Made by a program: the position numbers and the translations under genes. This document shows, in pieces, positions 34,701-45,100 of a stretch of DNA of 64,000 bases. The stretch covers positions 124,001-188,000 of the forward strand of contig BROI01000012.1 in the NCBI GenBank assembly GCA_027923505.1, in the 5' to 3' direction. Every line of letters begins with the position of its first letter. Position 1 is the stretch's first letter. The notes under the pieces were generated by a model. That model was not told the DNA's origin and searched no databases. It worked only from the letters and a program-made list of their open reading frames with translations. Origin of the DNA: Mayamaea pseudoterrestris. Lineage: Eukaryota.

Positions 34701-35532
34701 AGTTGTCACCAAATACATTGCCATCCCCTGAGACACCAGCAAAGCCTACCATCTTGTATCCCAGCCTTAATAATGTTGCCACCATTCTGGTGTATTTTGG
34801 GCACCGACAGGGCCTGCTGTAAGGGCGTTGGAATGTCACAGCATCTGCAGGCTGAGACTGGTGACAAGTTGTCACCAAATACATTGCCATCCCCTGAGAC
34901 ACCAGCCAAGCTTACCATCTTGTAGCGCAGCCTGAATAAAAATGTTGGCACCATTCTGGTGTATTTTGGGCACCGACAGGGCCTGTTGTAGGGGCGTTGG
35001 AATGTCATGGCATCTGCAGGCTGAGACTGGTGACAAGTTGTCACCAAATACATTGCCATCCCCTGAGACACCAGCCAAGCTTACCATCATGTAGCGCAGC
35101 CTGAATCATGATGTTGGCACCATTCTGGTGTATTTTGGGCAACAACAGGGCCTGCTGTAAGGGCGTTGGAATGTCACAGCATCTGCAGGCTGAGACTGGT
35201 GACAAGTTGTCACCAAATACATTGCCATCCCCTGAGACACCAGCCAAGCCTACCATCTTGTCGCCCAGCCTGAATAAAAAATGTTGGCACCATTCTGGTG
35301 TATTTTGGGCACCGACAGGGCCTGTTGTAGGGGCGTTGGAATGTCATGGCATCTGCAGGCTGAGACTGGTGACAAGTTGTCACCAAATACATTGCCATCC
35401 CCTGAGACACCAGCCAAGCTTACCATCATGTAGCGCAGCCTGAATCATGATGTTGGCACCATTCTGGTGTATTTTGGGCAACGACAGGGCCTGCTGTAAG
35501 GGCGTTGGAATGTCACAGCATCTGCAGGCTGA
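31798..35532 (+). repeat. 169-bp satellite array, left arm (~22 monomers)
   Basis: Consensus CTGAGACTGGTGACAAGTTGTCACCAAATACATTGCCATCCCCTGAGACACCAGCCAAGC...GGCACCATTCTGGTGTAATTTGGGCACCTACAGGGCCTGCTGTAGGGGCGTTGGAATGTCATGGCATCTGCGGG; the 169 period also appears in the ORF track offsets. Confidence 0.97.
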
Positions 35533-35845
35533 TTGTAACTTGTAAATCAAATCGTTGCACCTTTCGCTTGTAGCTGTCCTTGGATGGCCAATCCAAGCTT
35601 GCAGTTGCTACAATACGAGAGACGAATAAATCGCTTTCTTAACTCTTCAAGCTTAGTAACTCTGCTTGTTTCTACTCTCTATCGCACTAGTTTCAGCAAT
35701 ATACTCGTTGAATCGCTTCGAAGCCGTCGCTGCCACGCATCACGCGATCGTGAGGCTGTGGTGAGCCGCGAGTGCCGCTGTGTCACCCTATCGGACATTC
35801 GGTGTGACTTGCCCGATTTTCGCTGTTTTCGTTCACATCCTGCAA
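35533..35845 (-). repeat. 3' LTR (313 bp)
   Basis: TTGTAACTTG...CATCCTGCAA; identical to 41805-42117 except C35660 vs G41932, as far as can be seen by eye. Confidence 0.95.
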
Positions 35846-35853
35846 CTCCCCTC
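35846..35853 (-). other. Polypurine tract
   Basis: CTCCCCTC on + (GAGGGGAG on the element strand) directly abuts the 3' LTR. Confidence 0.8.
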
Positions 35854-35862
35854 AAGTCATAC

Positions 35863-38800
35863 CTAATAGTTCGATTCCTTGAAAAGCAGGTTCTTTAAGT
35901 GCTTGCTTGCCGTTGCCCGCGGAAGAAACTTGGTAAGTACATCCGCCGGGTTTGTCGTTCCCATGATGTGGTTGAAATTAATAATTCCCGCCGCAATCGC
36001 TTCGCGTACACGGTGAAATGCCAGTGCATTGTGTCGCTTCGTCAGACTAGAGTGCGGTAAGTTACTGCTTTGCGTTACCGACTTGTTGTCTCCAAACATC
36101 CATGAAGGTCCGTCGAGCGGAACTCCCAACATGCGTAGCGTGAAGCGGAGATCCATGATCTGCTCCGTGCTCACTCTCGCTGCTACAAACTCCGAGCCGT
36201 ACGTCGCCGTCTCGACCGTCGCTTGGCGTTTCGAAAACCAATCGACGACTGTTCCATTCAACATGTGTAGCATGCCCATCGCTGCCCGTCCCGTCGTGTA
36301 ATCGTGGTACAGGTTTGCATCTTCAAACGTTGACATTCGCACCGCCTTGCCGCGCGGCGTGGGCATGTTCCACGGAAGCTCTTCGCAGATCTTGCCGTAC
36401 ACACTGTAGTCCCAATCCATCTTGTCAACTGTCGCGTATCGCTCGTCCGTTGGAATCGAAACGTTGAATCGAATCGCTCCATCCGGGTATCGTCGTAAGT
36501 ATCCGCAAATATGCTTCAACCGTTCCAAGTGCCCCGCTCGTGGCGCAGCTCGGAATCTCCCCATAGTCATGACAGCGCAGTGAATGTCGAATCGACATAA
36601 ACTTACTGCCCATTGCAACGCACCAATTATCGATTGATACTTCGCAATTCCGTCGTCGTCAAGTTCTTTCGTTTCGTCGAGTTCCGGATGATCGCCGTCG
36701 CGTAGTGGACTTGTCTGCGGTCGCGGTTCCTCGCCGAACATTTCTTTGTAGTTCGCTAGTAGCCTCGTGACGTACTTCTTCGCTCCGAAGCAGAGTACGC
36801 CGTCGTCGTCTCGCCAAACGTCTGCGCCCAAATGATATGCCAATGGACCGACGCCCTTCAACTTGTAGTTGTAGTTCTCAATTAAAAGATCCGTTAGTTC
36901 CTTTGGATTCTTCATCGCTATCGCTAAATCGTCGACATACACACAAACGTATTCGTAGTGCGTGCCTTTATCGCGCATCCACACGTCCGGTTCTGCGATA
37001 CACGGCGTGAAGCCAATGTCGCGGAGCGTGTCTGCAAAGTGCTCGTGCCAGCGTGCGCCTGACGTGCGAAGACCGTATAATGCCTTCACGATCGTGAGCG
37101 TGTGACCCTCGAGCTCCCCGAACTCCGGACCTGCCACGATATAAACCTTCTCTTTCGTTTTCGCTTCCAAGTATGCGTTGCCGACGTCAGCTGCCCACAG
37201 TTCCAGACCGTTGAGTTCCGCTAACATCGCTACCATTCGTAGACTTCGCAATGACACAACGCCCGAGTAAACTGAATCCTTCGGCGGCTCTGTCATATGT
37301 CCTCCTGCGACGAGTCGTGCTTTCCGTCGCAAATCGTGCTTGACATCGAATATCATGTGCACGTTTATTCGTTTCCATGGCGCCGGCATAACCTTACCGA
37401 CTCCTTGATCTGCGAACGTGTCGTAATCATTTATCTGATTTAATTCCGTTCGAATCGCATCCGTCCACAGCGTGTTGCCGTTGATCTCGTCGAGAGCTTT
37501 CGCATCTTTATAATTGCGCGGCAGTCTTACGCCAAATTTGTAGCGTACGCCGTTTGCTTTCGATTTTCGTTTCGCTGCTGTCACCATCTGTCGAAACTTC
37601 TTTCGCTTCCGAGTGTAATGTTCCAGCTGCTTCCATCCTGGCTTGTCGAGTAAGCTGTGCTTGAGTCCATACTCTGCGATCGTTATCGGATCGTCCTTCT
37701 TCATGATCGCGAGAGGCTCCCACGTCGTCGTTCCGTCGGTCCATTCGACGAGAACGTTACTTGAACTTCCCTTGTATGTCGGATCGTTCGGTTTCAGATT
37801 AAGCTCGTGTCCGATTACTTTCGTGAATACCCACTGAGTCGCCGGATCGTTTCGTATATCTTCGTCCATCTGTCGTTCGATTAAATCCGACAGTTCGTTG
37901 TAACTTATTAAGTCTTTCGCTGGCTCCTCTCCCATCTGGATCAGGAAACCTTTCGTCGTTTCGAGTAGCTCGTTATCGCGTACTTCGATATATTCGCATA
38001 CAGTCGCTCGCATTTTCTGACCGTTTTCGTGTTCCCTTACGAACGTGCGTCCGATGAGTTCGCTTGGAGAGAACAGAGGGCATTTATTCCCTGATTCTTG
38101 CTCAGCCCTTCTGAAGAACTTCGCTGGTACGTTGGCGTGGTTCGCCATCGGAATCGTTTCGTCGTCGTTTCCTTCGTAGTTGTCGTGACTACTTTCTGTC
38201 GCATTCGTGCTATGATAGCGTCCTGTCGCGAGATCTGGAGTTTCAAAATTTCGCTCGCTTGCGCGTGTAGCTTCTTCAGAAATCTCCCCTCCAGACTCAG
38301 GGAAGGAAGGCAACTCTCGTGGTAACAAGTAGCTGCGCGAGACCACGTTGGAGCGCGGAATCGCCTGAAGCGTGTCGTCCGTCAGAACGAGAAAAGTCAT
38401 GTGCGGACCGCTATTCTCTGCGATGCCCACGAATCGGCCGTTGCCAGATCGTACCGCCGAGGGAAAACTCCCCTGCGCCTCAAACGTGACCGGTTCCCAC
38501 CACTTGAAATGTAACAAAGGCGAAATATCCGGCAAATTTCCGAACGCAACTTCCGTTGGAGTGCGCCATCCCAGCGATTTTGTCGCGAGGACGTTCAGAA
38601 TCATGATTACGAATTTAATCAGCAAAACCCAGCAATGCCCTGGCGAACCCGAATCTCGTTGGAGGTTCTCCATCATTGGCTTAATGTGCGACGTGTGACG
38701 TTCGCATGGATTTTGTTCTGGGTGACCCGGTTCTGTGGTCACTTGAGGAATATTGTACATCCGACAGAGATCCCTCACAGCCTTGCCAGTCTCCGACTTG

Positions 38801-41655
38801 GCATTGTCGCTGAGCAGTCCGTTAGGAGCGCCCACTTCGCGGATAAAATCCTCTAACGCGTTTGACATGTCGCTCTCCGACTTCATCGGGTAGCCGCGCG
38901 TGTAAAAACTTTCTCGTCCAACAAAGAGCTGCATCTTAGTAGCTCCCCCATGCCCTAGAATTCCATCATCCAAAGCTGGCGTGTCAGAGTGTATCGTGTC
39001 CGTGGCGAATAGTTCGCGCAACCGCTGAACGTTTGCGGCCGGAAATCTTGATTTTGTGAGGTGTCGAAATGGTAATCGTGGATGTTCGCTGAGATGATAC
39101 CATGCCTCCGTGTGACGTAAAGTCTGTTGAACGCGCTCAGTCGGGACCCATCCGAGGTACGGCCGAAGAGCATTATAGTCCGGTTCCTTGCTTCGTAGCT
39201 TCCGCAAATTAACGCGTGAAAACTGAGCGTGTCGCACGCACCGATTGATCAGTACGTCAAGTTCGTCGCCAGTGCGTGTCGGCGTGTGACGATTGCGGTG
39301 CGTGATACCGTCATCGTCGAATCGTTCGTCAAAAGATCCATAATCGTGATCGCGTTCGTCGAAATCGTCGTGCGCGTGCTCGACATCGTAAACAGTCGGG
39401 TCCCACGGCACGTCCGACGTCATGATGACAGTCGGATACTTATCCAAATCATCGAACGTGGGTTTCGTCACGTCCAAGTATACCAGGCCATCGCGAATCG
39501 CCAATGGCAAAACGTAGCCTCCAATGTTCGTCGTAATTCGTTGCGTTCCGCCAAACATGGTCGGAATATCGTCGACACGATGTCCCATTGCGCGCAATTG
39601 ATTCGGGCAATGAATCGTCGGTCCGTCTCGCTTTAAAGCATACTGGTGACACAAAAGCAGAATGGTTTCGCCACTAAGGGTCTTAGCCAGTCCAGCTGCA
39701 GTGCCAATCTTGAGAGCTGGGACAATATGATCGTCAATACCAGTCACATCCACCTCGGCGTTCGTTTCCGAAACGACGAGCATGTCTCCTCCGCATAAGC
39801 CTCCGTTCGCGCCGCTGTCGATGAGCGCGCCTTCGTTGATCCGCTCGTAGTGTGCGCGATTGACGCGCATACGACGATGCATGTTGAAGCTGAATGTACC
39901 TCGTCCGGTGTTATCAGTCGTCAACGATCCTGTCACTTGCTGAGTTGTAGTACTCGCATTGTTCGCTTGCAGAACCGATCGTGCAGCCGTTTGGACTGAC
40001 ATTCCACTATTGCCTGGCTGAATATTAATCGTGCCAGGAACGCTTGCGTGATCGTTCGCTACAGATTCCGTCGCGTGACGCTCTTGATGCGCCGCGTTGA
40101 CTTGCGTCTGCGTCGTAGCCGTGCCTCGTTGGTTGCGCGGTCGCCATCCGTTTTCGGGTGTCTTGGGCGCCGTCGCACGCTTGTCCTTCAACTGCTTTCG
40201 CTGATCGAACTTCATCTCCAACCAGACTTCATCCTTCACGCTCGCGTGAGGTTTCTTCATGATCGCTGCGAATCGTTCCGCCGATAAGCCGCTTGGAGTC
40301 GCGCCGCCATTGCCGCCGCCGCCTCCTTTCGTTCCACTAGACTGCGCTTGATTGATTGTGCGCTTAGTCTTCGTCGTCGATGGATGTTTCTTGTCATACT
40401 TGATGCAGCACTCTTCTAAGTGCGCGTACAACTGCGCGAAATTGTCTTCCGAGTCGTGTTGCCCCATGTGTTTCTTGATGGCAATCATTCCGTCAAAACC
40501 TGCTAGCGAGGCGCTGAATCCAGTGTGCTCAGAGAAAGCGTCGCGTAGCATGTCGTATCGTTGTAAACCTGTCAGAGCTTCTGCGTCCATTTCGAGCAGC
40601 CAGATGACTTTCTTGTAGAACAGTGCGAGAAATTCGATCGTCGGCCTTGACCACTTCTCGGTCAGCCGCATTCCCTGCAGTTCCGTTCGCGCGCGTTCCT
40701 TCTCGATGTGAGCAGTAGCGCCTTCTTCGTATCGCGTTCGCAATCGTTGGTAGACTTCGCGTCCGTCCATCGTCTTCTTGAACTGCTGTACTGCGAGTGA
40801 TGCAGACGGAGTTCGACAGTGCGTGAGAAAGATTCTGTATACAAACACATTCTTCTTTGCATACGCCTTCTGTTCCTTCGGTCCCTTTTCCTTCGGGTCA
40901 TAATCGTCGTCAAAGACTTCGTGGAAGTCGTGCAATGTAGCGATGACTTTCAACTCGGAAATCCACTGTTTCCACGAGGAATCCAGCTTCATTTCTTTAC
41001 AATCCTTCGCCGAGAACTTGATAGACTTCGTAAATTGGTCTGAATACTTCTCGTCGTCTTCGTCGTCACCGAGGTCCAGTACGGATGTCGGTGACTGCTT
41101 CGTGTCCACGTCCACGCTCGTCGGTGGCACCTTGTCGGCCGAGTCGGGCTTCGACTCGTCGCCTTCGTTCGTTAGCGTGGAGTCCTTGGATTCGTCCTTC
41201 TTGGATTCCGTTTCGCTTTCTTTCACTGGAGGTTTCGCTCCGCTTCCGCTGCCCACGCTCGCAATGTTGCGCGCTTGGACTCGTTCCTTCGCTCGTGCTG
41301 TGACGAACGTCGCCAGCGTTTCGGTGGTCAGTTGCGACCATGTCTTGATGTCCGGCGACTCTTGCGCCAAATACCATTCGATCGCGTTCGTGATCGTGCG
41401 TTGTTTCATCTTCGTTAGCGAGTGTTCGCTCGTTTCCTGCGTGACATTGTCGCCATCGTCAGTCGTCGTCGTTGTCGTCGTCGTGACGTTCCACTTCGTC
41501 GCGAAATCGTCGTACTCCATCTCGATCAATTGCGTAAGCGATTCTACTCCGAGTTCGTCGAATAACTCCTTGAACTGAGGATCTTGGAAAACGCCTACGT
41601 TCTCTTCGTAAACATGCGCGAAAGCCGCGTCCTTTTGCGCGCGAGTTTCCGCCAT
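35863..41655 (-). CDS. Copia gag-pol polyprotein (Gag, aspartic protease, integrase, chromodomain-like module, RT, RNase H)
   Basis: First ATG at 41655 (MAETRAQ). PR: ALIDSGA. IN: FATDT...LLSDNA...QNPCER. RT: KARLVAGG, ADVGNAYL, ALYGLRTSG, YVDD. RH: TFEDA, SEFVAA, GDNKS, NPADVLTK. IN before RT is the Copia domain order. Confidence 0.97.
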   Translation of the reverse strand: MAETRAQKDAAFAHVYEENVGVFQDPQFKELFDELGVESLTQLIEMEYDDFATKWNVTTTTTTTTDDGDNVTQETSEHSLTKMKQRTITNAIEWYLAQESPDIKTWSQLTTETLATFVTARAKERVQARNIASVGSGSGAKPPVKESETESKKDESKDSTLTNEGDESKPDSADKVPPTSVDVDTKQSPTSVLDLGDDEDDEKYSDQFTKSIKFSAKDCKEMKLDSSWKQWISELKVIATLHDFHEVFDDDYDPKEKGPKEQKAYAKKNVFVYRIFLTHCRTPSASLAVQQFKKTMDGREVYQRLRTRYEEGATAHIEKERARTELQGMRLTEKWSRPTIEFLALFYKKVIWLLEMDAEALTGLQRYDMLRDAFSEHTGFSASLAGFDGMIAIKKHMGQHDSEDNFAQLYAHLEECCIKYDKKHPSTTKTKRTINQAQSSGTKGGGGGNGGATPSGLSAERFAAIMKKPHASVKDEVWLEMKFDQRKQLKDKRATAPKTPENGWRPRNQRGTATTQTQVNAAHQERHATESVANDHASVPGTINIQPGNSGMSVQTAARSVLQANNASTTTQQVTGSLTTDNTGRGTFSFNMHRRMRVNRAHYERINEGALIDSGANGGLCGGDMLVVSETNAEVDVTGIDDHIVPALKIGTAAGLAKTLSGETILLLCHQYALKRDGPTIHCPNQLRAMGHRVDDIPTMFGGTQRITTNIGGYVLPLAIRDGLVYLDVTKPTFDDLDKYPTVIMTSDVPWDPTVYDVEHAHDDFDERDHDYGSFDERFDDDGITHRNRHTPTRTGDELDVLINRCVRHAQFSRVNLRKLRSKEPDYNALRPYLGWVPTERVQQTLRHTEAWYHLSEHPRLPFRHLTKSRFPAANVQRLRELFATDTIHSDTPALDDGILGHGGATKMQLFVGRESFYTRGYPMKSESDMSNALEDFIREVGAPNGLLSDNAKSETGKAVRDLCRMYNIPQVTTEPGHPEQNPCERHTSHIKPMMENLQRDSGSPGHCWVLLIKFVIMILNVLATKSLGWRTPTEVAFGNLPDISPLLHFKWWEPVTFEAQGSFPSAVRSGNGRFVGIAENSGPHMTFLVLTDDTLQAIPRSNVVSRSYLLPRELPSFPESGGEISEEATRASERNFETPDLATGRYHSTNATESSHDNYEGNDDETIPMANHANVPAKFFRRAEQESGNKCPLFSPSELIGRTFVREHENGQKMRATVCEYIEVRDNELLETTKGFLIQMGEEPAKDLISYNELSDLIERQMDEDIRNDPATQWVFTKVIGHELNLKPNDPTYKGSSSNVLVEWTDGTTTWEPLAIMKKDDPITIAEYGLKHSLLDKPGWKQLEHYTRKRKKFRQMVTAAKRKSKANGVRYKFGVRLPRNYKDAKALDEINGNTLWTDAIRTELNQINDYDTFADQGVGKVMPAPWKRINVHMIFDVKHDLRRKARLVAGGHMTEPPKDSVYSGVVSLRSLRMVAMLAELNGLELWAADVGNAYLEAKTKEKVYIVAGPEFGELEGHTLTIVKALYGLRTSGARWHEHFADTLRDIGFTPCIAEPDVWMRDKGTHYEYVCVYVDDLAIAMKNPKELTDLLIENYNYKLKGVGPLAYHLGADVWRDDDGVLCFGAKKYVTRLLANYKEMFGEEPRPQTSPLRDGDHPELDETKELDDDGIAKYQSIIGALQWAVSLCRFDIHCAVMTMGRFRAAPRAGHLERLKHICGYLRRYPDGAIRFNVSIPTDERYATVDKMDWDYSVYGKICEELPWNMPTPRGKAVRMSTFEDANLYHDYTTGRAAMGMLHMLNGTVVDWFSKRQATVETATYGSEFVAARVSTEQIMDLRFTLRMLGVPLDGPSWMFGDNKSVTQSSNLPHSSLTKRHNALAFHRVREAIAAGIINFNHIMGTTNPADVLTKFLPRATASKHLKNLLFKESNY

Positions 41656-41804
41656 CGTTGTCGTCGTGACAATGTTCTTGCTATCACCTGCGGAACTTTC
41701 CGGGCCAAGAACCAACGTGCGTCCACGTTACTTCGTAAATCAATAGTACTCTTCGTCGATAAAGTCTCTATGCCGAGGCAATGAGTCTCAAGACAGTGTT
41801 AATC

Positions 41805-42117
41805 TTGTAACTTGTAAATCAAATCGTTGCACCTTTCGCTTGTAGCTGTCCTTGGATGGCCAATCCAAGCTTGCAGTTGCTACAATACGAGAGACGAATA
41901 AATCGCTTTCTTAACTCTTCAAGCTTAGTAAGTCTGCTTGTTTCTACTCTCTATCGCACTAGTTTCAGCAATATACTCGTTGAATCGCTTCGAAGCCGTC
42001 GCTGCCACGCATCACGCGATCGTGAGGCTGTGGTGAGCCGCGAGTGCCGCTGTGTCACCCTATCGGACATTCGGTGTGACTTGCCCGATTTTCGCTGTTT
42101 TCGTTCACATCCTGCAA
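41805..42117 (-). repeat. 5' LTR (313 bp)
   Basis: Direct repeat of 35533-35845 at offset 6272. Confidence 0.95.
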
Positions 42118-45100
42118 CTGAGACTGGTGACAAGTTGTCACCAAATACATTGCCATCCCCTGAGACACCAGCCAAGCCTACCATCTTGTCGCCCAGCCTG
42201 AATAATGATGTTGGCACCATTCTGGTGTATTTTGTGCACTGACAGGGCCTGTTGTAGGGGTGTTGGAATGTCATGGCATCTGCGGGCTGAGACTGGTGAC
42301 AAGTTGTCACCAAATACATTGCCATCCCCTGAGACACCAGCCATGCCTACCATCTTGTAGCCCAGCCTGAATAATAATGTTGGCACCATTCTGGTGAAAT
42401 TCGGGCACCGACAGGGCCTGCTGTAGGGGCGTTGGAATGTCACGGCATATGTGGGCTGAGACTGGTGACAAGTTGCCACCAAATACATTGCCATCCCCTG
42501 AGACACCAGCCAAGCCTACCATCATGTAGCGCATTCTAAATAATGATGTTGGCACCATTCTGTTGTAATTTGGGCACCTACAGGGCCTGCTGTAGGGGCG
42601 TTGGAATGTCATGGCATCTACGGGCTGAGACTGGTGACAAGTTGTCACCAAATACATTGCCATCCCCTGAGACACCAGCCAAGCCTACCATCTTGTAGCC
42701 CAGCCTAAACAATAATGTTGCCACCATTCTGGTGTATTCTGGGCACCGACAGGGCCTGTTGTAGGGGTGTTGGAATGTCATGGCATCAGTAGGCTGAGAC
42801 TGGTGACAAGTTGTCACCAAATACATTGCCATCCTCTGAGACACCAGCCAAGCTTACCATCTTGTAGCGCAGCCTAAATAATGATGTTGGCACCATTCAG
42901 GTGTATTTTGGGCACCTACAGGGCTTGCTGTAAGGGCGTTTGAATGTCACGGCAACTGCGGGGTGAGACTAGTGACAAGTTGTCACCAAATACATTGCCA
43001 TCCCCTGAGACACCAGCCAAGCCTACCATCATGTAGCGCAGCCTGAATAATGATGTTGGCACCATTATGGTGTAATTTGGGCACCGACAGGGCCTGCTGT
43101 AGGGGCGTTGGAATGTCACGGCATCTGCGGGCTGAGACTGGTGACAAGTTGTCACCAAATACATTGCCATCCCCTGAGACACCAGCCAAGCTTACCATTT
43201 TGTAGCGCATCCTAAATAATGATGTTGGCACCATTCTTGTGTATTCTGGGCACCTACAGGGCCTGCTGTAGGGGCATTGGAATGTCATGGCATCTGCGGG
43301 CTGAGACTGGTGACAAGTTGTCAACAAATACATTGGCATCCCCTGAGACACCAGCCAAGCTTACCATCTTGTAGCGCAGCCTAAATAATAATGTTGGCAC
43401 CATTCAGGTGTATTTTGGGCACCTACAGGGCTTGCTGTAAGGGCATTTGAATGTCACGGCAACTGCGGGGTGAGACTAGTGACAAGTTGTCACCAAATAC
43501 ATTGCCATCCCCTGAGACACCAGCCAAGCCTACCATCTTGTCGCCCAGCCTGAATAAAAATGTTGGCACCATTCTGTTGTAATTTGGGCACCTACAGGGC
43601 CTGCTGTAGGGGCGTTGGAATGTCATGGCATCTACGGGCTGAGACTGGTGACAAGTTGTCACCAAAGACATTGCCATCCCCTGAGACACCAGCCAAGCCT
43701 ACCATCTTGTTGCCCAGCCTGAATAATAATGTTGCCACTAATCTGGTGTATTTTGGGCACCAACAGGGCCTGCTGTAGGGGCGTTAGAATGTCACGGCAT
43801 CTGCAGGCTGAGACTGGTGACAAGTTGTCACCAAATACATTGCCATCCCCTGAGACACCAGCCAAGCCTACCATCATGTAGCGCAGCCTGAATAATGATG
43901 TTGGCATTATTATGGTGTAATTTGGGCACCTACAGGGCCTGCTGTTGTCATGGCATCTGCAAGCTGAGACTGGTGACAAGTTGTCACCAAATACATTGCC
44001 ATCCCCTGAGACACCAGCCAAGCCTACCATCTTGTCGCCCAGCCTGAATAAAAATGTTGGCACCATTCTGGTGTATTTTGGGCACCGACAGGGCCGGTTG
44101 TAGGGGCGTTGGAATGTCATGGCATCTGCAGGCTGAGACTGGTGACAAGTTGTCACCAAACACATTGCCATCCCCTGAGACACCAGCCAAGCTTACCATC
44201 ATGTAGCGCAGCCTGAATCATGATGTTGGCACCATTCTGGTGTATTTTGGGCACCAACAGGGCCTGCTGTAAGGGCGTTGGAATGTCACAGCATCTGCGG
44301 GCTGAGACTGGTGACAAGTTGTCACCAAATACATTGCCATCCCCTGAGACACCAGCCAAGCCTACCATCTTGTTGCCCAGCCTGAATAATGATGTTGGCA
44401 CCATTCTGGTGTATTTTGGGCACCGACAGGGCCTGTTGTAGGGGTGTTGGAATGTCATGGCATCTGCGGGCTGAGACTGGTGACAAGTTGTCACCAAATA
44501 CATTGCCATCCCCTGAGACATCAGCCAAGCCTACCATCTTGTAGCCCAGCCTAAATAATGATGTTGGCACCATTCTGGTGTAATTTGGGCACCTACAGGG
44601 CCTGCTGTAGGGGCGTTGGAATGTCATGGCATCTGCGGGCTGAGACAGGTGACAAGTTGTCACCAAATACATTGCCATCCCCTGAGACACCAGCCAAGCT
44701 TACCATCATATAGCGCAGCCTGAAGAATGATGTTGGCACCATTATGGTGTAATGTGGGCACCTACAGGGCCTGCTGTAGGGGCGTTGGAATGTCATGGCA
44801 TCTGCGGGCTGAGACTGGTGACAAGTTGTCACCAAATACATTGCCATCCCCTGAGACACCAGCCAAGCTTACCATCTTGTAGCGCAGCCTGAATAAGGAT
44901 GTTGGCACCATTATGGTGTAATTTGGGCACCTACAGGGCCTGCTGTAGGGGCGTTGGATTGTCATGGCATCTGCGGGCTGAGACTGGTGACAAGTTGTCA
45001 CCAAATACATTGCCATCCCCTGAGACACCAGCCAAGCCTACCACCTTGTAGCCCAGCCTGAATAATAATGTTGCCACCATTCTGGTGTAATTTGGGCACC

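Larger units (their letters stand above)
35533..42117 (-). mobile_element. Full-length Ty1/copia LTR retrotransposon (CoDi-like), 6,585 bp, TSD CTGA (35529-35532 / 42118-42121)
   Basis: Two 313-bp direct repeats flank a single gag-PR-IN-RT-RH ORF. Removing the element plus one CTGA restores the satellite sequence GGCTGAGACTGGTG. Confidence 0.97.

Noticed and set aside
35584..35898. Plus-strand ORF MANPSLQLLQ... and its twin at 41856-42242
   Set aside because: Antisense ORF inside the two LTRs, with different ends set by flanking DNA and no recognisable motif.
40943..41578. 211-aa antisense ORF and many other short ORFs overlapping long genes
   Set aside because: Shadow ORFs opposite or within well-supported coding frames.
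41785..41804. Possible PBS match to a tRNA-Ser or tRNA-Asn anticodon arm
   Set aside because: Only a few bases match remembered tRNA sequences; cannot be supported without the host tRNA set.
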